Source: Zygnema circumcarinatum SAG 698-1b (taxonomy: Eukaryota; Plantae; Zygnematophyceae). Taken from it: 64,000 nucleotides of DNA. The notes below the pieces were generated by a model. That model saw nothing but the letters and a program-made list of their open reading frames with translations, searched no databases and was not told where the DNA came from. Numbering within the stretch: position 1 is the first letter of the stretch; each line of letters starts with the position of its first letter. The stretch is from the NCBI GenBank assembly GCA_037447605.1, contig CM074809.1, forward strand, positions 293,628 through 357,627, written 5' to 3'. The position numbers and the translations under genes are program-made. Below are positions 46,121-57,629 of this stretch, in pieces.

Positions 46121-47780
46121 CAAATTCACGCTTCAGCGCATACGACAATTGTTGCCGGCCGGGAAACGGCTAGAGTTTGTAGGGTACGGAAATGTGCACA
46201 GTGTCAGTGTCTCAGCCTCTTCTCGTTACATCCGAGTCAGCAGGATCTGTTCCCTCCCCATTGATTGGCTGGAAAAGATTTGAGCTTTCAGAGCCTCGTC
46301 TTCGCACGTGTATTTATCGGGCAGCCCAATAGTCACTGACGTCACTATTTCGACTGTACGGTCAGCTCGTGCAAGACCGTTAGCCACGGCCAATGGCGAA
46401 TCCTATCAGTTTCTTTGGGCTGCTACGAAACGACAAATAATTAAATAAGGCGCCGTACAGTATCGCGATGTATCTCCGGATGCACTCGCCCTAGACCCCT
46501 ATGGTCAGGCAAATCGCCTTGTTCCTGGCACGTGGGAAAGTACACAAATAAAATACGTACACCGCAATGTGGGCAGTGGTGTTTGATAAGAGTACTTATT
46601 TTGAAAAACCAAACGATGTGGCATTCATTAATAGTCCGTCGCACCGAACAAAGAACCTTCCTTTTCTAAAGAAAATAAACTCAAATATCAAAACCAGTAC
46701 TCTGATCAAACATCAATTTCCCGGATATTAAGAACTAATTCTAGAAAACCTCAATGTCCTCATGGCCCCACTTGGCCCTTGTGGTGGCATGAGAACATGA
46801 GCAACAGAAAGTGTCCTACTAAGAACAAATTGAATGCCGATCTCTGGAGCTCTCCTCAACCGTCCGATCCTTCCACCGGTTGAATCTCAACCGTCCATTT
46901 CCTCCAGCGTGTCCGTACGCCCACCTCAACCCTAAAACCTTTCCTTCCGGCTCCATGGGCCCCTGTGGCCGTTCCGAGCAGTTTACCGTTCCAAGCCGTC
47001 AAACTGTCCTTGCTGTCAACGCCCGCACGTGACTCGGTGGAAAAAATCGGATTTTCGTTGACTCCGTCCAGCCTGGAAACGACAAACATCGCGACCGGCC
47101 CTTTGTCGCCTTTGGCCCGTACATACATGCCTACGTGGCATCATCTCCACCGTCCATATCGCGATCCGGCCCTTCCTCGAGATCCCGCCAAACCCAACCT
47201 TAAGCTGCCCGCATCCCTCCGGGCAGACTCAAAAACGTTTTTAAACCTGCCTGCCGCCAACAAAAATAAATTTCCCCGAACCCGAACAGTTGACCTGATC
47301 GTTACTTTCCAGAAAGCGCCAGATCTCCGTACATCCAAATCCTGTGTCGATGAGAAACGACAAGGTGTGCCGCCCGAGGACCGCGTCGAAGCTTCCAAGG
47401 GCGGGCAATGGGCCGTCTTTCCCCCCAGCTGGCGCCAATTTTGTCGCATTCGTCCGGCCGGACGCGCCGGGCGGCCAGGGGGGGCGAGCCAGCTGCGAGG
47501 CAGCGGCGAATGGAGGTCCGCCACGTGGAAAGGAGAGCTGACATGGCGAGCTGCTATTGCGGGAATGTCGGAGAGAGGCGGGCGGGCGGGGGCGGGGCGG
47601 GGGAGGGATAAAGGGGGAGGCGCCGGATAGGACAAGCGGCGCCGCCGAGGAAGGAGAGGGAGGGGAGAGAGGGAGGGAGAGGGAGAGGGAGAGGGAGGGG
47701 AGAGAGAGAGGGAGAGGGAGAGGAAGGGGAGAGAGAGAGAGGGAGAGGGAGAGGGAGAGAGAGGGAGAGGGGAAGGAGAG

Positions 47781-50700
47781 ATGGAGCAGCGCATGGGCAG
47801 GGTGTTTTTCTTGAGCCTGTTGGGGGTGCTGACGTGGACGCAGCTGGCGGAGGGGCGGACGCCAGGTGAGCTGACCTCCCTCTTTTCAATTCTCATTTTT
47901 TTTTTCATTTTGCGGCAGAGCAGAGCGTTTTCCTCTTCCTCTCTTTTTTTTTAATTTTTTTTGGTTCCATTTTGCAGGAGCGTTGCTGTCGTCATCAGTG
48001 ACGGAGGCAGCAGAGAGGCCGCCCCGCGCCCTGTCCTCCGTACTCGCTCTCCCCCCGTCCTCCCCTCTCTCTCTTCTTGTATTCTTTGCTCCACTCCCTC
48101 CCCCAGTCTCTCCTCTCTCTCTCTCTCCCTCCCTTTCCCTCTCTCCTCTTCTGTTCTTTCCTCACTCTCTCTCCCTCTCTTTCTCTCTTCCCGCCTTCCT
48201 CCCCTTCCTTCCCTGTCTTTCTCTCCCTCCCCCCTCTCTCTCTCGCTCCACTGTCTCCTCTCCCCTTCCCTCCTCACTCTCTCGCTCCCCTGTCTCTCTC
48301 TCTCTCTCTCCCCTGTTTCTCTCTCCCTCTCCCCCCTCTCTCTCTCGCTCCCCTCTCTTCCTCTCCCTCTCCGCCGCTAATGTCAGCTGTTTTGTCCTTT
48401 TCTCCGCAGACTCTGTCGGCAGACGAAGCTTTGGCCACTTCCTTGTCCGGTGAGTCACAAATGTTGGCCGCACACTCCCAACCTTTTTTGCCCCATTTTT
48501 TTTTTTTTTTAGCTTCATTGAATGAACCAGATGATCGCTGCCCCGAGCTATTCCAACTACGCATGTTGCCCAATCCTCGGGCTTTGATTTTTTTTTTTTT
48601 TTTTTTTGTTTTCTTTTTGGAGCAGACTCGGATTCCGAATGGGAGCGGAGAGCTCTCAAGGCGACCTCCGTCTCTTCTTTCTCAAATTCGTGGGCCAGCT
48701 GTACGCTCTAACCCCATTGGTCCTCCTCCTTGGAAAGAAAGAAAGGAAGCCGTACACGGCATGGCAAGATTGCTTCCTTCTTGCGCAATTTGTGTACTTC
48801 TTCTTTGTTCGATTGGGCATGAACCAACGGTTGGTTGCGTGGTCAATGGCAATGGCAGCCTCGAGCTGGCTGGACCCCGCGGAGGGCTCCTTCATAGTCA
48901 TGCCCTCCCTCTCGTACAACGTGTGGGCCCCCTCCACCGGCGAGACCGACCCCCCCGTCGAACTCAGCAACGGTACGCCCACTCCTCCGCTCCCAAGGCC
49001 TTTTACTATGTTCAAGTTTTGGGCCCTACTTCCTTCTTGCTGGTGGGGGAGTTGTTCATGTTGAACACAAAGTTGTTCATGTTGAACACCAAGTTGTTCA
49101 TGTTGTTGCGCGCGAGCAGATCCCAGCGGCGGCGTGTCGCTCAACGCGACGGGCGTGTGGACGCTGCAGAAGGTGCGCGCGTTCTACGCCTTCGTCGAAA
49201 TCCGGTCGGGGAAGTGCCTCGACGCGGTGACCCGCGCGATCGGCGGCCAAGTCGTGCTCTCAGGTTCGACCGCCCACTCCCACTGTCAACCATGCATGTA
49301 TGCATGCGCGCATGCATTTGTGCTGCATATGTCCCACTTTGTTCCGGTTTGTTGGTTTTAATTCGGGTGGATTCGGTGTGTTTTTGAGTTGTGTTCAGAG
49401 TGTACGGAAGGAGTGACCCAGCTCTGGTCGGCCATAAGCACGCAGGCCTCGGACCTGAGCGTGCAGTGGATGAACGTGGGGACGGGCCTCTGCCTCGACG
49501 CCATCGACGGCGCCGCCAGCTCGCCCCTCCTCCTCTGGACGTGCCGGCGAGGGGCGCACAGCCTCATGAACACCCAGCTGTGGCTGCCGCTGCCGCCCTC
49601 GGTTGCCACGAGGGAATCATGTGAGCCCCAACACAACACATTGTTCTGAGACCCCGAGCTTCTACTTCTTGGTTTTGTTGTTGCTAGACATGGAAGAACA
49701 TGAAATGTGGCTGTGGGTTGACTTGAATTGACGTGGGTTGACTCGGATTGGCTTGGGCAGCGGCATCGGGGCTCTCCCTGAACGCGTCCTCTAGCGCGCC
49801 CGACACGTACTTGAACGCGTTCTCGCGGCACGCGAGCTGGGCCGCCGCGGACCTGCCCGAGAGCGTGGACTGGCGGCCCCTGCTGGCGGGCGCCAAGGAC
49901 CAGTCCTCGTGCGGTGAGCGCGCGACCAACTGCATTTTGGCTCTCATGCTTCCCCTAGGAACAATGTCATGCCAATGTCGTGTTGGCGCGTCCCATGGTT
50001 CATGGCTCATGTCGGTCCACGCGCGTCCCGGCCCCTGCAGGGTCCTGCCACGTGTTCGCGGCGGTGGCGACCATCGAGGGCGCGTACAACATCCTGGCGG
50101 GCCCGCCCTCGCCCGCGTCCCTCTCGGAGCAGGCGGTGCTCGACTGCGGCCCGCGCGGCGCCTGCGCGGGCGGATGGCCGGCGGACGTCCTCTCCTGGCT
50201 GGCGGCCCGCCCCGCGGACGCCGGCCTGCCCGCCACGTCGGCGTACGGACCCTACGTCGGGCAGCCGCAGGCCTGCAAGGTAAACATTTCCACCTGCCAG
50301 TTTTGAGCCCTTGATTTTTTTTTTTTTCGCTGTTCCCCTTTACCAACCACGTGCTGCCACGTGTCGTTGACCAGTGGAGCGGTTGTTGTGTTCGATACGA
50401 CAAGCGGTTGGACATGGGCGGTCATAAAAGTTCCTTTGTCTTTTTTTCGGGTTGACTATGTCGCCGCCGGCCGGTTCGAATCCGTCAGGGCCGACCAAGC
50501 GGGCATTGTCGGCAGATGACGACAAAATTTTAGCTGGCAAAGCGCCACGCGACTATTCAGAAATGCTAGTCTGCCACGTCAGCGCTGCCGGCCGGCGTAA
50601 CGGCCGACAGGAAGGGTCGCCGGCCGGCCGGCTGAAGATTCCGGATCGCGCATTTATGAAACACAGGGCAACCGACATTCTCTGTTTTTTTGTCGTATGT

Positions 50701-51420
50701 CTTTTTGTCGTTAAGCTGGTTGATGTAACGGCAGTTTGGACAGGTCGGCGTCAACTGTTTGTCGGATACAGTACAGTACAATATATCCGACACGTGCGGA
50801 ATGTACAAACGGCAAGCCTCATGTTTCGGGCGGCTTACACGTGCGGTTAATCTAGAACTGTAACTGTGCGTGTGCAGGTTGGCATCCCGGGGGCCGTCCG
50901 CGTGGTACGGTTCGAGGAGGTTCCGGCGCTGAGCCCGCGCGCGCTGAGGGCGGCCGTGAGCCGGCAGCCGGTGCTGGCCTACGTCACGCTCACGGAGGAG
51001 CTGCAGCTCTGGAACTCGGTCAGCCTCAGCCTCGCATGGCCATGCATGGCATGGCATGGCGTGGCATGGCATGGCATGGCATGGCAATGGTTTGACACCA
51101 GTGTGATGCATGGCATGGCATGCGGCCCTGACCTCTGACCCATGGATGCATGGATGCATGGGTGCGTGCGCGCAGTGGGACATCTTCAAGGACTCGCAGA
51201 AGGCGTGCGGCGTGGGCGCCATGCTGACGCACGTGGTCGCCGTGGTGGGGTACGGAACGGAGGGCGGCACGGAGTACTGGATCGTGCGCAACTCCTTCGG
51301 GCGCTACTGGGGGGACTACGGCGCCGCGCGGGTCATGGCGGGCGTCTGCGGCCTCCAGGCGCTGCCCGCGCTCTACCCCGTCCTCGCCCGTCAGTGCCGA
51401 ACCCGTCTCCCTCTCTCTCC

Positions 51421-51454
<34 letters not shown>

Positions 51455-53660
51455 GTCACTCTCTCCCTCTCTCTCTTTCTCTGGGTTGAATTGGTCCTTT
51501 TCGGCTTTCCCCTTCTTTTTTTTCTCATTTTCGTTTTTATTTTTGTGTTGTGTCCAGCTCCGGACGGCAACCCCTGCGGAGCCATCAACCCGTGCGGCGC
51601 GGGCACGTGCATTCGCGGAGAATCGCTTTCATATAACTGCAGCTGCCCGCCCGGCTATCTGCCGGTCGTCAATACGGACGGCACGCAGACATGCGCGCCC
51701 GGTACTGCTTCTACCTTGACGAGCAAGAGGGGAAGAGATTGAGAGAGAGAGAGGGAGAGAGCGGGGGAGAGGGGGAGAGGGAAGGGAGAGGAGGAAGAAA
51801 ATGATAATCCAAAATGGAAACAAGAGGGCTTAATCCATGCACAAAAATGCAGATTGATAGCGCCTCCTCTTCCTGAATCTCTCTCCTCCTCCTCTTTTGG
51901 TTGTCTGGTTCCATGCTGTTGCAGAGGACGCGTGCGGAACGGCAACGGGAGCATGGAACCCCTGCGGCGCCGGCACGTGCGTGAACAGCGGCGACGCGCT
52001 GTACCACTGCGTGTGCTTTGCGGGCTACGCCGCCGCCCTCAACGCGCGGAGGCAGCAGATCTGCGTGCCGCGTGAGGACCCGCCCGCCTGCCTGCATGCA
52101 TGCCTTCCTGCATGTATGCATGTATGCATGCATTGTATGTATGCCTGCATGCCTGCCTGCCCTCCTGCATGTATGCATGTATGCATGCCTGCCTGCATGC
52201 CTGCATGTATCCATGCATGCCTGCATGCCTTCCTGCATGTATGCATGTATGCATGTATGCATGCATGCCTGCATGCCTGCCTGCATGTATGACTGCATGC
52301 CTGCATGCAGGCGCTCGGGGCAGAAAAGTTGCGGTCGCGTTTTTACGTGTTTCGATTGTTGCGCTTGTATGCCGCCGGTCGTGCGAAGGTGGAAAGGGAA
52401 AGGGGACGAGAGAAGAGGTCGACGTAAGGTGGAGGGAGGGAGGGAAAGGAAGAGAGAGCGATGGGATGGGGGAGGAGAGTACTGTGGAATTAACTTTTCT
52501 TTTATCTGTCTCCCCCTTTCCGTATTTCTTTTTGCAGCTGCCCAGACGGTTCAAGCTCTTGAAAGCTACACAGCGGAGGCAGGAGATGACTGTTATCTGA
52601 TTGCAGCCGCATATGGACTGACTGTTCAACAGCTCACAGATATGAATCCAAGAAGCGGGAGGGTGAGCAGACTCAGCCAAAGCATGCTGAAGTGTATATG
52701 GAACTTTTTTTCAAATGAAATACGTTCTATAATGGCATAACTTTCAATTGGAATACCTTTCTAGAGATTTGGATTGGACGATTTCTCGCTCTGGAAGTGA
52801 CGGTTGCTCATATTTTTGCAGGACGTGTGTTCTCCGTTACTTGTTGGGGATGTGTTGAATGTCACAAATGTGGAGCCTTATGACTGCAAAGTTTTGTACA
52901 GCATTCAGAAGGTAGGTCCCCCTCCCTCCCTCCCTCCCTCCCTCCCTCCCTCCCTCCCTCGTAAACTAAGTCTCCCTCTCTCTGTCTCCGTTTCTCACTC
53001 TCTCTCTCTCTCTTTCTCTCTTTCCTTGCAGAACGATTCGTGTTCCGGCATTGAGAGCAAGTTCAGCCTCCCCCCTTCTTCCCTCAGCGCAGTTCTGAAC
53101 CCTGCTGTCAACTGCTCCGGTGATTCGACCCTCACTCCGGGCCAACAGGTGAGCACCGAACATAGCTTGTTTAAAGAAAACTCATTGTGTTCTTTCCTTC
53201 GTTTGTAAACCTATCTCGTAGTCAAGCATAGTATTGGTTTGAACTGGCTGAAACTGAGCCCCCTAACGAGTGGACCTTTCCTTCCATCCTTTGCAGGTTT
53301 GCATTGTGAGTGGGCAGCCGGATGCGACAAAAGTATGTACGGCGAGTGACCGCGTTACATCATCTGATGTTGCGAGCGGAGGATGTGACCAAATGCTGCT
53401 CCGAAACACGCAGATCAACATCACCACCTTCTATGAAATGAACCGCGGAATCAACTGCCAAAATCTCTTTACAGGCCAGCAGGTGAGAGAGAGGGAGGGG
53501 TCGCATAAACAATAGTTATTGACATTTTTAACACTCGATAAGAACGGATAAGAAAATTCTACGAGCCTTCGGAGATGCGAATGTTTGAATCTTGAGAGTT
53601 TTCAGTGACTTTGAAACGCAAGGCCATCTCTTTGCAGAGAACTAACATCTGCCTTCCTTT

Positions 53661-53709
<49 letters not shown>

Positions 53710-54164
53710 CCCCCTCTCTCTCCCCCTCCCACTTCTTCTTCGCAGCTGTGTGTGGGATATCAGCAGCAGCCACCAGACACTTGTGCAACATATTATGTCT
53801 GGCAAACAGGCGATACATGCTACTCCGTTATCGCTCTGTTCTGTGGAACGAGGTCAAACAAAAGCTGGTGAGACTGCTTGAATACAAAACTTTGTATATG
53901 GACGGGAGGAATCTACAGAACATTGATGTGTTTGCATGCATGCATGCATGCATGTATGCTTGCATGATGGGTTGATTCATTCATTCATTCATTCATTCAG
54001 GTCTAATTATCTATGTTGGTTGGACGGAGGGGTGCAGGACCGAGTGTTTTCCCGGAAGCGAGGTTTGCGTCGGCACGGGCAGTGCATGGGCCGCCGGTAA
54101 AGCACTCTGTGTGGGGACATGCTTGAACTACCTCGGGGTGAGGGTGACCAACTGCTTTGGCTAA
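47781..54164 (+). CDS. Secreted mosaic protein: signal peptide - ricin B-type lectin - papain-like C1A protease - 2 EGF-like - 4 LysM; 18 exons, about 823 aa
   Basis: Exons 47781-47865, 47978-48039 (weak donor), 48410-48449, 48859-48972, 49120-49263, 49399-49620, 49761-49913, 50041-50279, 50878-51018, 51176-51389, 51558-51701, 51925-52071, 52538-52662, 52822-52911, 53032-53148, 53297-53482, 53746-53867, 54038-54164 total 2472 nt in frame. Ricin: SGKCLD..TQLW, TGLCLD..TQLW. C1A: LPESVDWR, KDQSSCGSC, SLSEQAVLDC, THVVAVVGYG, YWIVRNSFG. EGF: NPCGAGTC..C.C..GY..C twice. LysM: Y...GDDC..IA..YGL..QL..MNP-type units four times. Exons 2-3 and the 53867/54038 junction are less certain. Confidence 0.8.
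52085..52310. repeat. CATG/CCTG-rich degenerate microsatellite in a protease intron
   Basis: CATGCCTGCATGTATG-type repeats directly after the donor at 52072. Similar tracts at 15725-15840, 51040-51160 and 53935-53970. Confidence 0.8.
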
Positions 54165-55086
54165 GTTGGAGGTTCAGGTCCTGATAGAGAGGGGGGGAGA
54201 GGGAGGGAGTGAGGGAGGGAGAGAGAGAAGAGGTAAGGGAGGTAAGGAGGGAGACGGAGGAGGGAGAGGGTCGGGGGAGGTGGAGGAGGGTGAGGGTTAC
54301 GGGAGACGGGGGAGACGGAGGAGGGAGAGGAGTGAGGAGGGAGAGGGAGCAGGGAGAGGCCAGGGGTAGAGTGACGAGGGAGAGGGAGAGGAGAGGCTTG
54401 GAATGGAAGAAGAAATTGACTTAGGTAGTCAGCGTGGGCAGTAGCTTGGGCGTGCTCAAGAGGGGATCTGTATGCTTAGTAAGGTTGAATTATGGGAGAG
54501 GAGGGGGAAACCAAAGGGAGACGTTGGACTTCGAATTCCATCCAACAGCGTCGAAAGGCTTCCAACATTCAGTTCAGGTTCGGTCGATTTATTGGTTCTC
54601 AGTAGGAGAGAGAGCCTCTCTCGGGCTCTCAAATAGTGGGACACTCTTCAACATTCAAATTTATTGGGGTCGGAGCCATGGCTACCTATGGGAGAGGGAG
54701 GCAAGGCGGCTTCGATCTCGTACGGGGCATCCCATTCGCCCATTAAGGCGGAGAGAGAGAGGGAGAGGGAGAGAGAGGGGAGAGGGAGTGGGAGTGGGAG
54801 CGGGAGTGGGAGGGCATCCGTACAAGCTATAATCTCCCGTTGGTCATGGGAACAAAAATAAATTGACCTATTCTTTAATAGAGTAGTGGCTCCGGCAATT
54901 TCTTTATTCGTCAAATAGGGCATCATTAGGGATTACGATTAGGGATCATTTGTTCATAAGTAGGGGAACATTCAATTGTTTCATTAATTCTGTTTATATT
55001 TTACGGTTATATTTCAAACCATTTCCCATCCGCCTTCCTTCTTCAGTGTTCTTGTTCATGCATTGTTCTGCTCGTCCCGCCCCCCC

Positions 55087-55560
<474 letters not shown>

Positions 55561-57424
55561 CTTTCCCTACACCTTTGTCTTCTCTCGAAAGGAGAAAAAA
55601 AAAAAAAAGAATGACATTTAAGACTTGGACACCTATTCTCGTGGTGCGATCATACCTAGGCTGCTACGCCGGATCCCATCAGAACTCCGCTGCTAAGCGC
55701 CTGTGGGCCGGAATGTATTAATACACTGTATAATACATGCGTATTATACACCATTTTAAAAATACAGTGTATTTTATATGTATTTAACGTATTTTCTTTT
55801 GATTTCTCGCTAATTGAACGGAGATTGATTATTGGCCAACCAGCACCTCGACACGTGTGACGGGCCACACGTGTGACACGTGTGGCCGTACAGTTCCGTA
55901 CACAATTCTCGTACAGAAATTCCGTACGACTCTATGTCTGGTTGTACGGATGTTAAAAGTTGCGTTTGGGTTTTATACAGTGTAAAATACAGTATTAATA
56001 CTGTATTATACATTGTATTAAACCTCAAAGTGTATTCTATAGTGACCAATCATGTTGAACATTGTTCTTGACCTGTTCTTGGCTGACGTCACAATGTGAC
56101 GCCTTGGCGGACTGCTTGTCTCGGCAAGCCGGTCCGAAACAGCAATTGCCAAATGGTTGGAACCATCGCCGCCCGACCGACACAAGCATTGCCATCGGAC
56201 CGAAACAACCATTGCCTACTGTTGCAACCATTGGCAATGGTTTTCAATGTTGCCAACCATTGCCGCCCGCCGGCCCTCTACAGTACATCAGCTTCAGCTT
56301 CAGTTCAGGGTACAGCACTCTGATAGTGTGAACTCATCCACGTGAGCCAATCACAGCCCGCCACCTCAGCACAACTGCTCCAAGTGGCGAGCACTCTCAT
56401 TGGTCCACACAACCTCCAATATCTAATTACGAGTGATTTTTTGCATCTCGGCCTTCACTGGGTCCCTCGGCTCTTTGAAATTACAAGATGGACTTCACGT
56501 GAGGGGGTCCTCGTCTCATGGTCCAACGGCGTGCAACTGGTTGAACGAATGCTGCTGATGTGTTTCAACTTTGCTGATGTAATTTCGCAATTAGCGAAGG
56601 GACGTTGAATAATGAACAATGAATAATTGGAAGAAACGCAGCCGCAATTCTCAAAATTTGAGTCGAACAAATTCGGTACAAAATCGCAATTCCTTTTGAC
56701 TCAGCAAAACTGAACAATTGAACATACATAAACGTGTCCGCAGTCGTCAGGTTCATTCTATTTTTTGGAACGTGAAAAATGACTACAAGAATACCTTACC
56801 AGCATACGAAAAATACTTGATCTACGAAAAAAAGAAAAGAACCAGCTACTGACAATTCAAATTCGGTATATACTCTTGTCAACGGAGATTTTCTTAGCCG
56901 AATTTCGACATCGTAACTGGTTGTTCAATGCTTGATAACCCTTAAAGAAAATAGGGGGAGTCAGAGTTAACACATGGCCAAATCAACTTCGTAAGCGTGT
57001 CGGGCGAATTAAGCATTGGTAGGTACGCATTTCGGTACTGGGTTCGGCGGAGCCGCAGATCCCGACCCAGAATTCGTACACGAAACTTTGACTTTTAGTA
57101 TACTAAATTCTTAGTACGCTCCGGGCTAAGTCTGACCCCCCCCTAATGCAAGGAACAGTGGTGAAGTTTTTGAAGGGGAGGAAAAACGAAGGGTGCTGAA
57201 ACCACTCCGAATAGACAAAAGACTTTCTTTTACACCTCCCAGGAGGTAAACAAAAGCACAAACATGGAAAAAAGTTACCCATCACTAACAGCCTTACTTT
57301 CCTTCATGCGACTCAAAAAAATCAACAACGTAGACACTCCCGCTTCTGCCTCACACATTACCCGACAACCTCCAGTGGAAAAAAAGACCTAGTCGTGATT
57401 TTCGCCAAGAATACTCGCAACTCT

Positions 57425-57460
<36 letters not shown>

Positions 57461-57629
57461 TTTTTCTCGATCTCTCTCCCTCTACGTGACTTCTGCCTCT
57501 CCCCACTTCACTTTCTACTCCTGCCTCCAGGCTTCGTTTGAAGCCTACCTACAATAATTTAAAAAGGTCACTCTTGCACAGTGGCAGTATCCATCCCTTC
57601 ACTTCCAATCCAATCACTTCATGGGGCGT

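Noticed and set aside
48606-48850. Extra exon or I29 prodomain in the protease gene
   Set aside because: Exons 48449 and 48859 already join in phase, and no ERFNIN/GNFD-like motif or phase-compatible donor was found.
55650-57130. Possible transposon between the protease and Tic62 genes (GTAC and AACCATTGCC repeats)
   Set aside because: No TIR/TSD pair or coding remnant could be delimited.
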